42,930 bases of DNA from a virus (taxonomy: Duplodnaviria > Caudoviricetes): the IMG/VR virus record IMGVR_UViG_3300027706_000085, positions 1-42,930 of that record. One strand, given 5' to 3'. Positions 33,744 to 40,859 of this stretch are shown in pieces; position 1 is the first letter of the stretch, and each line of letters starts with the position of its first letter. The position numbers and the translations under genes are program-made. The notes beneath the pieces are model-generated. The model did not search any database. It was not told the DNA's origin and saw only the letters and a program-made list of their open reading frames with translations.

Positions 33744-35191
33744 GCTTGCCTCTGCGCCCAGCGCCAATGCCTGCGGATCGGGACCGACCGCGCACCCTTT
33801 TGCCGTTCTTCGTTGAGCACGCGATGGTAATGCACGAGAATGTCCGTTGGCGTAGCCTTCAGCGGCGCCATGCGCTCCTGCACGCGAACCTCGAGAGGCT
33901 TCTCCGCTGGCCGGAAATAGCTCCGTAGGCCGTATCGCGCTGAATCCGCAGGGTCATCGCCATCGAACTTCACGCAATCCTCGACTTTCTTTTCGTCGCG
34001 CGAGAGCATCGGGAGCGTGCGAATCAGTTCTTTACAGTTATCGCCAATCAGCCAATGACCGCTGCGCAGCATGTCGTACATCAATGCCCAGCCGCCAATG
34101 CGGTCATCGTTCGCCCTCGCGCATGCAGGCAAACCCTTCTCCTTGAGCACCTTGTCAATCTGCTGCGCAATCGTGTCCGTATCGTCCCGATGCGCGAAAG
34201 CATCGGGCGAGAGCCACACAGAACTAATCTCTTCGCCATCCGTGCGCTCTACAATCTGCTGCGCTAACTGCTTAGGGCTGAGTCCGTTCTGCACAAATTC
34301 TCTGTATGTCACGGTCAGCGAATCATGGACCTTGGCGAACCAATGTACGGAAGCCGGATGCTTGAATCCCCAGTCAATCGCAATCCAGCGCGTTGCCCAA
34401 GGCTTAATCTCAAACTCTTCGGGCCGCTTCGTATGCTTGAACGGATCGAAGACGTCGAAATACTGCCCCGCGAAGACGTTCCAGTTGCCTTGCACGTAAA
34501 TCTTCTGCATCTCAGGGGGCAGCGTATTCAATTGCGCCCAGTAGGACTTCGAGAGATGTGGATTGTCCGTTGCCAGCGCCGGCACAAATGCAAATTGGTC
34601 CTGCAGGGGCCTCAACTCAACGGGAAAGTCTCGGTCAATCCACAGCTTCTTCACCCATGCGTGACCTTCTCCGCCAGGATTCGAGCCGCCTAGAAATTTT
34701 GGTCGCTCAATTCCCGGCCAGCGCAAGCGGAGCCGCAAGAAGTCGAATACGCTCTGCGGATTCTTCGTCAGTTCATCCACGCCAATCGCCGCAAATTCCG
34801 CGCTCAAGTACTTGCTCGGATCGTCCAAGTTTCTCAGCGCCAGTGTTCCGCCACCGAATCGCTCATGCAACTGAAAGCCTCTGCTTTCGCTGCCCAGCTT
34901 GAGCTTGCCCAGCCAAGGGGGAAACTCCACTTGAATCTTGCTGATTTGCCTGTCCCACAAACTGGGGTAATCCTCGCAGGCTAGCATTACAACCGCATTC
35001 GCTATTCGCAGCTTCGCCCATATCTCGAATAGCAGCCAGACTAACGCCCATCGCAGCGTGTAGCTCTTCCCCCCGCCTGCGGCCCCGCCATATAAGACGA
35101 AATCATGGTCCGCGACAGCGCGGAAGAACTGCATCTGCCTGTCAGTCGGGTTGATGAGGTCACTGAGCGCTACGGTCTTCTGAGTTGCCAT
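33740..35191 (-). CDS. terL: Terminase large subunit
   Basis: PTDRQ, Walker A YGGAAGGGKS, Walker B IGVDELT, GSNPGG, nuclease IDWGFKHP and DDPADSARYG. Confidence 0.95.
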   Translation of the reverse strand: MATQKTVALSDLINPTDRQMQFFRAVADHDFVLYGGAAGGGKSYTLRWALVWLLFEIWAKLRIANAVVMLACEDYPSLWDRQISKIQVEFPPWLGKLKLGSESRGFQLHERFGGGTLALRNLDDPSKYLSAEFAAIGVDELTKNPQSVFDFLRLRLRWPGIERPKFLGGSNPGGEGHAWVKKLWIDRDFPVELRPLQDQFAFVPALATDNPHLSKSYWAQLNTLPPEMQKIYVQGNWNVFAGQYFDVFDPFKHTKRPEEFEIKPWATRWIAIDWGFKHPASVHWFAKVHDSLTVTYREFVQNGLSPKQLAQQIVERTDGEEISSVWLSPDAFAHRDDTDTIAQQIDKVLKEKGLPACARANDDRIGGWALMYDMLRSGHWLIGDNCKELIRTLPMLSRDEKKVEDCVKFDGDDPADSARYGLRSYFRPAEKPLEVRVQERMAPLKATPTDILVHYHRVLNEERQKGARSVPIRRHWRWAQRQA

Positions 35192-35528
35192 GGAACGCCG
35201 CAGGTAGACTTCCGAGTGCCACGGCTACGTTAACGCTTGGCGCATCACCTGTGCTCTTTGGCATCACGCCAGTTCTGTCGAGCAGTTCCCACGCATCGGA
35301 GCTTTTCTTTCGCACAGCCCTTGCAATTGTCCGCGCTGAGTCCGGTAACGCATTGAGAAGAATGCTCTTAGCTTCGCCCGTAAGCCTGCTTATTTCCGCC
35401 TCATTGAGCACTTTTACGATGGTTGTGCGCGACATTTGCAAGTCCCGCGCAATCTGAGACTTAGAGGCTCCGCCTAAATGCTTGGCGATTATCTCCGCTT
35501 GAACGGGCAACGGAGTTTCGATGGCCAT
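35160..35528 (-). CDS. terS: Putative terminase small subunit (HTH)
   Basis: GASKSQIARDLQMSRTTIVKVL HTH; ELLDRTG motif; directly upstream of terL. Confidence 0.7.
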   Translation of the reverse strand: MAIETPLPVQAEIIAKHLGGASKSQIARDLQMSRTTIVKVLNEAEISRLTGEAKSILLNALPDSARTIARAVRKKSSDAWELLDRTGVMPKSTGDAPSVNVAVALGSLPAAFHGNSEDRSAQ

Positions 35529-35530
35529 TA

Positions 35531-35848
35531 CTAAACCGCTTCACCCTCGATCTGCTGCACGGTGATGGAACCCGCTGCCGTCTTGATGCCGCCCACTATC
35601 TGCCCGGGGTAGAAGCAGCCCATCTGCCAATTCGGACCTACTGGCGCTGGGGTGAATATTGCTGGAGTTCCTTTCGCTACTTTTGCCGGAGTCGCGCTGT
35701 TTGCTGGATTGTAGACAAGCAAATCCGCTGTAGGCGCTGAAGTTGAGTCGTAGTTCTCTTGCACGAGGATGCGCTTGCACCAACTATTCGCCACGATATT
35801 CACAACTGCCGTGGAATCAACCGCATAGGTTGTGATTGGGTTCGCCAT
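35531..35848 (-). CDS. Small beta-rich hypothetical protein
   Basis: ORF coupled TGATG to the upstream ORF. Confidence 0.65.
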   Translation of the reverse strand: MANPITTYAVDSTAVVNIVANSWCKRILVQENYDSTSAPTADLLVYNPANSATPAKVAKGTPAIFTPAPVGPNWQMGCFYPGQIVGGIKTAAGSITVQQIEGEAV

Positions 35849-35861
35849 CAGGCCATCCAGC

Positions 35862-35996
35862 CTACCCGCGATGCCGGATGTGGTCTACCACGCCGGCCCC
35901 AATGCCATCGCCATCCACAATCGCCGCGTCCGGATTGACAATCTCTTGCTTTGTGTTGACAATCCACTGCTGTACCGTTGACAAAGGCGCTACGGC
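35862..35996 (-). pseudogene. Relic fragment of a different terminase large subunit (nuclease domain)
   Basis: Stop-bounded frame AVAPLSTVQQWIVNTKQEIVNPDAAIVDGDGIGAGVVDHIRHRG resembles the TerL PDAxxVDxxGxGxGVVDxLR motif. Confidence 0.55.
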
Positions 35997-36065
35997 TTAT
36001 GTCCATCCAATCTCTGCGCGCGTTCGTTACCTTGTATGCGACCGCATCTAAGTCAAACGGTTTTC

Positions 36066-36356
36066 TCATGCCAGCTCTCCGCTCAACCGCACCACCATCG
36101 CGTCCGGCGACTCCAGCCCGCGCTCGTAATACGTTCCTTCAGGCATCCGCGCAATGAAGTAGCCTGGCTTGCGGCGCAAGTCCGCGCCCTCGAGAGCTAG
36201 CTTTTGACAAGTGTTTTCGGTCGCTGTGAGGTGAATGCTGCGGAAGGTCGCTGAACAGAGGTACTTGCGAGGGCCTAATTCCTTGAGGTGCGGGCGCATC
36301 TCTTCCAATTCGCGCCGGTTGACGTGCTCTTTACTGCCATCTGCATGTATCAGCAA
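36066..36356 (-). CDS. Hypothetical protein
   Basis: ORF in the late leader region; start uncertain. Confidence 0.5.
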   Translation of the reverse strand: MLIHADGSKEHVNRRELEEMRPHLKELGPRKYLCSATFRSIHLTATENTCQKLALEGADLRRKPGYFIARMPEGTYYERGLESPDAMVVRLSGELA

Positions 36357-36380
36357 GTACGGTTTGGAGATGGTAGTCCC

Positions 36381-36513
36381 GCAGAAAAAATCGTCGCCCT
36401 GGATGTTACCAGCCAGAGTCTGTCGCGCCCAGCACAGGGAGCGAGTGTTGGTCGGTCACTCGCCCCCGCTGGAAAGGAGGTGCGCTGTGTGATCTGCCTC
36501 GCATTTTTTCCGC
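36381..36513 (-). ncRNA. Candidate structured RNA (multi-stem junction) in the late leader
   Basis: Closing helix GCGGAAAAAAU/AUUUUUUCUGC; internal helices CCAGC+GGGGGCGAGUG/CACUCGCUCCC+GCUGG, CUCUGG/CCAGGG, GAGG/CCUC; all mismatches are G-U on the minus strand. Confidence 0.55.
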
Positions 36514-36527
36514 TCAGGCGGTGCGCG

Positions 36528-36749
36528 TCAAGCAGAAACTATATTTTTGTGGAGTTCGTAAATCCGGCGGCTCATCGAGTGCCTGGTCTCTTCGCGCCAG
36601 CGCAACTGCTCCCAGCGCGCTTTCTCGCACCGGATGCACTTCATCCGCAACGCTCGATTCACGTGGCCGCATCCGCAGCAGCGCCACCTGGACGGCTCGC
36701 GCTCACTGATGTTCGCCAAGCGGTTGTCGTGCCGTGACGTGTGCGCCAT
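36528..36749 (-). CDS. RanBP2-type zinc-finger protein
   Basis: W-R-C-x2-C-x3-N-x6-C-x2-C (WRCCGCGHVNRALRMKCIRC); ATG 36749 seven nt after a -10 box. Confidence 0.7.
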   Translation of the reverse strand: MAHTSRHDNRLANISEREPSRWRCCGCGHVNRALRMKCIRCEKARWEQLRWREETRHSMSRRIYELHKNIVSA

Positions 36750-37101
36750 GTTTCGCATTCTATTCGCCCCCAAATGCGCTTGTCAAAAGGTATACGTCGC
36801 CAGTATTAGCGGCACGGACCTGCACTATGGCTTTGCGCGCACATTCATCCCCGCCGATCGCGTCGAGCGCGATTCATTCGCGGATTCCCGGTACATCCGG
36901 TCATATACTTACCGGCTCGAGCCCGGTCTCTACGAGCTAGCCGAAGCCGGCGAGCGCCGCTATATCATAGTCTGGGACAAGGACGGGCGCGTCGTGCACC
37001 GCAGCGTCGATGCCACTAGGGCGGAGGCAATCGCCCGATTGATGTCCGATGGTAAGACCTACGAGGAAGCGCGGCAACAGACAAAGGAGGTCACGTGCTA
37101 A
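36748..37101 (+). CDS. Hypothetical protein, possibly 5'-truncated
   Basis: KVYVASISGTDLHYGFARTF...PGLYE motif; the N-terminal codons are the antisense of the late promoter and have no RBS. Confidence 0.55.
   Translation: MFRILFAPKCACQKVYVASISGTDLHYGFARTFIPADRVERDSFADSRYIRSYTYRLEPGLYELAEAGERRYIIVWDKDGRVVHRSVDATRAEAIARLMSDGKTYEEARQQTKEVTC
36757..36786 (-). promoter_or_regulatory. Sigma70-like promoter heading the late arm (leaderless)
   Basis: TTGACA(36786-81)-N18-TAGAAT(36762-57)-N7-ATG. Confidence 0.75.
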
Positions 37102-37201
37102 GTATGGGAATTATATACTTCACTCCCATGCTCCTGAAAACGCTAGACTTACAGACTTTCGCCTTTTCTTCAAAAATCTTTGCCTTGGCGCAAGAAAGTA
37201 C

Positions 37202-37230
37202 TTGACACACTCGCGTGAGTAATGTATATT
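37202..37230 (+). promoter_or_regulatory. IS promoter
   Basis: TTGACA-N17-TATATT with the ACTC-N4-GAGT palindrome in the spacer. Confidence 0.7.
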
Positions 37231-37251
37231 GCGAGCATGGAGGGTACGACA

Positions 37252-37587
37252 ATGAAACTGAGATACTTCACGACCTACAACGCAAAGCCGACGAAAGATG
37301 AGTTCCGTGAGATTACTCTTGACGACCTGCGTGCTTTCGCAGAACAGACCGTCGAGGGGGAGCCAGACAGCGACGTTCCGAAGCTGGAAGTCAACGAGCT
37401 TCTTAACCGCCTCGACGCCGGTGCGATGAATCGTCATAGCGCGCAAAACCCAGTTGATTGGAGCGCGGACGCCACCGCTCTCGATTGCGGCGGTTTCGCG
37501 TGGGCTATCCGAACCGCTCAACGCGGCAAGCGCGTTTTCGTGGCGACGGACGAAGATGGATTCTACTTCGCAACGGAGCGGAACTAA
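37252..37587 (+). CDS. IS passenger, hypothetical protein
   Basis: GGAGGG RBS; stop abuts the transposase ATG. Confidence 0.75.
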   Translation: MKLRYFTTYNAKPTKDEFREITLDDLRAFAEQTVEGEPDSDVPKLEVNELLNRLDAGAMNRHSAQNPVDWSADATALDCGGFAWAIRTAQRGKRVFVATDEDGFYFATERN

Positions 37588-38511
37588 ATGTCTCGCTCGA
37601 CTATCAGCACCTTCAAGTTGTTTGAGCTTTTCCCCGACGAAGCCTCGGCTCGCAAGTATTTGGAGTCGAGGCTCTGGCCGAACGGCGTCATCTGCCCGGA
37701 GTGCAAGAACGGGGCGAGAATCACTACGATGTCGAATCGTCCCGGCTACTACCGCTGTAACGCTTGCAAGTTGGACTTCACGGTGAGGACGGGAACCATC
37801 TTCGAGCGGTCGCATGTCCCGCTCCAGAAGTGGCTTTACGCAATGTATTTGCTTGTGACCGCTCGCAAGGGCATTTCTTCGATGCAGTTGGCGAAGGAAA
37901 TCGGCATCACTCAAAAATCCGCATGGTTTGTCCTTCATCGGCTCCGCGAAGCTCTCGGCCAAGACATTGACAAGCTGCGCGGCCAAGTCGAGATTGACGA
38001 AACTTTTGTCGGCGGTCTGGAAGCAAACAAGCATGAGATAGATAAGCTCAAGGAAGGACGCGGGGCTGTCGGCAAAGTCCCTGTGCTCGGAATGCGGGAA
38101 CGCGGGGGACGTACCAAAGCTCTGCCTCTCTTCGGTGTTACGCAAGACGAAATTCACAACGCAATTTACACCCACGTCGAGACTGGCTCTACGCTCTACA
38201 CCGATGAGCACGCGGCCTATAACGACTTGGCTGGACTCTTCTACAAGCAAGAGCGAGTGAACCATTCCGCGAATGAATACGTGCGCGGCATGGCAAGCAC
38301 GAACGGAATCGAGAGCGTGTGGGCTGTGCTTAAGCGCGGATTGCACGGCGTCTATCACAAGGCGAGCAAGAAGCATCTCCGCCGCTACGTTGACGAGTTC
38401 ACGTTTCGCCTGAACGCCGGGAACGTTGCGCGTCACACGTTGCAGCGTCTCGACTCGTTTGTTGACCGCGTTGCTGGAAAGCGAATCACCTATGCGGAGT
38501 TGACCCAATGA
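37588..38511 (+). CDS. tnp: IS1595-family transposase (Zn ribbon + ISXO2-like DDE)
   Basis: RLWPNGVICPEC..YRCNAC, VEIDETFVGG, LYTDE, RVNHS, TNGIESVWAVLKR, YVDEFTFR. Confidence 0.95.
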   Translation: MSRSTISTFKLFELFPDEASARKYLESRLWPNGVICPECKNGARITTMSNRPGYYRCNACKLDFTVRTGTIFERSHVPLQKWLYAMYLLVTARKGISSMQLAKEIGITQKSAWFVLHRLREALGQDIDKLRGQVEIDETFVGGLEANKHEIDKLKEGRGAVGKVPVLGMRERGGRTKALPLFGVTQDEIHNAIYTHVETGSTLYTDEHAAYNDLAGLFYKQERVNHSANEYVRGMASTNGIESVWAVLKRGLHGVYHKASKKHLRRYVDEFTFRLNAGNVARHTLQRLDSFVDRVAGKRITYAELTQ

Positions 38512-38702
38512 AAACAGCTTTTCAAATCCGTTTCCTTCGTCAACTGAAAAAACTGGCCCAACAAGCCGACAGAGCGGATATTCTCCTTCCGAACGGAGCG
38601 GAAGTGGGGAGCCTGCTTGGCTCGATGGCTGATGATTTGCAATTAGCATGGAAAGTTCCAGAAGCTTGTCTCCAACCGCAAAAGAAAGACGCGATGCAAT
38701 GA
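38508..38702 (+). CDS. IS passenger, hypothetical protein
   Basis: ATGA-coupled to the transposase. Confidence 0.6.
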   Translation: MKTAFQIRFLRQLKKLAQQADRADILLPNGAEVGSLLGSMADDLQLAWKVPEACLQPQKKDAMQ

Positions 38703-38893
38703 GCCATCTCCACGAACCACGCGCCGAAGCACAGTCTTTTGAGCTTGAATCCGAGACGGAGTGGGAAAAGCGACGCGATGAGGCTCCTGAAATTCTTGAC
38801 CGTGCCGCCGATGTCGTGCTCGCTTACAAGCCGAAACCAAAAACGAAGGCAGCGAAACGCCGTGCTCGGCGGAAGAAAAAGAAAGCGAGTTAG
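38699..38893 (+). CDS. IS passenger, small basic protein
   Basis: LDRAADVVLAYKPKPKTKAAKRRAR; ends 4 nt before IRR. Confidence 0.65.
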   Translation: MSHLHEPRAEAQSFELESETEWEKRRDEAPEILDRAADVVLAYKPKPKTKAAKRRARRKKKKAS

Positions 38894-39290
38894 CGCGGGG
38901 AGTCATCTATATAATTCCCCTAAGTATCCTTGACACGCGAGTACCCCAGCCTGGGCGATACCGCGAATATGGAGTACCTACATCGGTGGCTCGTCATGTA
39001 GACATCTTACTCGGCGAGCGCAATACATGCACAGATGCGCGAGTAGAGGAGATTGACAGGGAGATCTTAGCAATATTGCGACCATGGGTACGCTCTAATC
39101 CTCATGCCGTAGCCCTCGGCCGCAAGGGCGGCAAGGCCAAATCTCCCGCTAAAGCCGCCGCATCGCGCGAGAATGGCAAAAAGGGTGGACGCCCGCGCAA
39201 GAAACTGAGCGGCGCTTAGGGCATCAGCGCCAGCCATGCCTTGCGCAGCCATCGCTTCATCGCTCACGCTCCCCCCTGCCGCTCGTTGCC

Positions 39291-39491
39291 CTATCTCCGC
39301 GTCGCGTTTTCAACAGCAATTCGCAAGTCATTCGCATTCACCGTAATGCTGTGCCCTCGCCAATCCAGGACCACGCGGTCGTTCCAAATACGGTGAGACT
39401 TCACGTGTAACTCATCAGCTTCATTCGGTAAGCCCTTGCGCTCTTCTCCGTCAAATTCGTACGGGTCCAACTTCGTCACCGTCTCATACAT
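39291..39491 (-). CDS. Hypothetical protein
   Basis: MYETVTK...LHVKSHRIWNDRVVL...DLRIAVENAT. Confidence 0.65.
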   Translation of the reverse strand: MYETVTKLDPYEFDGEERKGLPNEADELHVKSHRIWNDRVVLDWRGHSITVNANDLRIAVENATRR

Positions 39492-39636
39492 TTTTATATG
39501 TTTCCTTTTGTTGCCGCTCGTTTCAACGCCGCTCTGCCCTTCGGCGTCACGCGCCAGCATCGCGTAATCACAATAGCCGTCGTCTTTGCCTCGAACGTGC
39601 GCAAGATGGTCACCCGCTTGCCGGCAGATTTTCCCT

Positions 39637-40047
39637 TCATGACCGCGCCGCCCCTTCCAGAATGTAAACCGCTCGACGTCTTGCTTTTTCCTGATATGAC
39701 TTGCAGGCTAGACAGATATTCCTTTTCTGTGATTCGCTGTACTCAAGCTTATGTCCGGCCTTGCAATGCGTTTTGGCCCTGCTTGGATTTTTGCCCCGAC
39801 TACGCCGCATATTCTCAGCGTGAGTTACGGCCTCAAGATGGCCTGGATTTACGCATTGTCGATTCCTGGGAACCTCGCCATTGAGAAGTCGATATGCCAG
39901 CACGTGTGCATGTGTCGTTCTGGCCTTAAAATGCGGATGATACCTTAGATCCACAACACCGTATCCTTTCTTGTTTGTCCATCCCTTCCAAATCCAACAC
40001 GACGGTGTTTTTTCGACGCGTCCCCAAAAGCTTTTTTCTAGTTTCAT
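39637..40047 (-). CDS. HNH_3-type homing endonuclease, probably degenerate
   Basis: FWGRVEK..CWIWKG..GYG..AHVLAY..GEVP-RNRQCVNPGHLEAVT..KTHCKAGH; lacks the IDHLC segment. Confidence 0.75.
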   Translation of the reverse strand: MKLEKSFWGRVEKTPSCWIWKGWTNKKGYGVVDLRYHPHFKARTTHAHVLAYRLLNGEVPRNRQCVNPGHLEAVTHAENMRRSRGKNPSRAKTHCKAGHKLEYSESQKRNICLACKSYQEKARRRAVYILEGAARS

Positions 40048-40334
40048 AGATTCTCTTTCAGCCATTGCAACGCCTTGCCTCTCAACACATCTCTATTGGA
40101 AAAGACGAATACTCTCCATCCAAGAACTTGCGCCGTGTTCAGCTTCTCCGCATCATTGCTCCAGCCCGCGCCATGCTTCCCCTGAAAGTGGCCATTCACT
40201 TCAAACGCTAGCCGGTGCTCTTCGCTCGCCAGATCGAAGCGCCACTTGCGGTCAGGGTGGAAGCGATATTCCGCCTCCGTCTCTATGCCCAGCTCGGACA
40301 AGTGCGTCCGCAGCAGCTCTTGAGCCTCAGTCAT
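40044..40334 (-). CDS. PD-(D/E)xK endonuclease (Vsr/DUF559-like)
   Basis: EYRFHPDRKWRFDLA...LAFEVNG...DAEKLNTAQVLGWRVF; ATG at 40334. Confidence 0.85.
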   Translation of the reverse strand: MTEAQELLRTHLSELGIETEAEYRFHPDRKWRFDLASEEHRLAFEVNGHFQGKHGAGWSNDAEKLNTAQVLGWRVFVFSNRDVLRGKALQWLKENL

Positions 40335-40364
40335 CACGCGCTCCACTTCGATGGAATTTCCCCT

Positions 40365-40439
40365 GCCTTGCCTTGCCCCGCCCGGCCTTGCCAAGCCATG
40401 CCTAGCCAAGCCTTGCCACGCCTCGCCATGCCTTGCCCA
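40365..40439. repeat. 15 x GCCNN pentamer array
   Basis: gcctt gcctt gcccc gcccg gcctt gccaa gccat gccta gccaa gcctt gccac gcctc gccat gcctt gccca. Confidence 0.92.
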
Positions 40440-40448
40440 GAAAAGTCA

Positions 40449-40859
40449 TCACCCGCTCCACTTCGCTAAAATCTTCGCCTTCCGCTCCTGGTACTCAGGA
40501 CTCTCAAGCAGTGCCGCTCGCTCCGCTTTCGTTAGCGGGCGCTCTTCCGGCTCCTTTGCGCGCATCTTCTCCAGCGCCGCGCCATAGGCCTCAAGTATCT
40601 CTTTCGGTTGGGGCAGGAAGTTGATGTGGTCGCGGCACCACTGGAACGCCTTGTGCAGCGCCAGTGGATTTTTGAGCTGGCCGAGGGAGTCCACGTAAAA
40701 CAGAATCACTTCCTCGGTGATCTGGTGCTCGCCCCGCATGTACGGCATCGCTTGATAGAGTCTGAGCCAGTTGAGAACCACGTCCGAGCACGTTCTGGGC
40801 TGCTTGTTCAAAGCGGTCGAGCTTTCCGGCTCCCGTTCCACTTGTCGGTCGTGCGCCAT
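40449..40859 (-). CDS. Replication accessory protein (helicase loader/inhibitor-like)
   Basis: FYVDSL...AFQWCRDHINFLPQPKEI motif; follows the initiator; GGAGGG RBS. Confidence 0.6.
   Translation of the reverse strand: MAHDRQVEREPESSTALNKQPRTCSDVVLNWLRLYQAMPYMRGEHQITEEVILFYVDSLGQLKNPLALHKAFQWCRDHINFLPQPKEILEAYGAALEKMRAKEPEERPLTKAERAALLESPEYQERKAKILAKWSG

Larger units (their letters stand above)
37106..38919 (+). mobile_element. IS1595-family insertion sequence with passenger genes (1814 bp)
   Basis: IRL GGGAATTATATACTTCACTCCC (37106-27), IRR 38898-38919 (19/22 match); 8-bp TSD CTAAGTAT at 37098-37105 and 38920-38927. Confidence 0.95.
37095..39219 (+). pseudogene. KGG/GGRP-motif small basic protein gene interrupted by the IS
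   Basis: AAGGAGG-N4-GTG at 37095; removing the IS and one TSD restores VLSILDTRVPQ...HAVALGRKGGKAKSPAKAAASRENGKKGGRPRKK in frame. Confidence 0.8.

Noticed and set aside
35848-36069. 73-aa ORF as a confident gene
   Set aside because: Its 3' half reads as low-plausibility sequence, while another frame gives a terminase-like peptide. It is start/stop coupled to its neighbours, so it is not excluded but left uncalled.
37220-37230. TAATGTATATT identical to the E. coli dif core
   Set aside because: The flanking arms do not match, and it coincides with the IS -10 box.
37120-38649. 509-aa minus-strand ORF
   Set aside because: Antisense shadow of the IS1595 transposase and passenger genes; no RBS or motif.
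40335-40409. N-terminal extension MARHGLARPGGARQGRG of the PDDEXK nuclease
   Set aside because: It is the translation of the GCCNN array; ATG 40334 with a GGAG RBS is the more plausible start.
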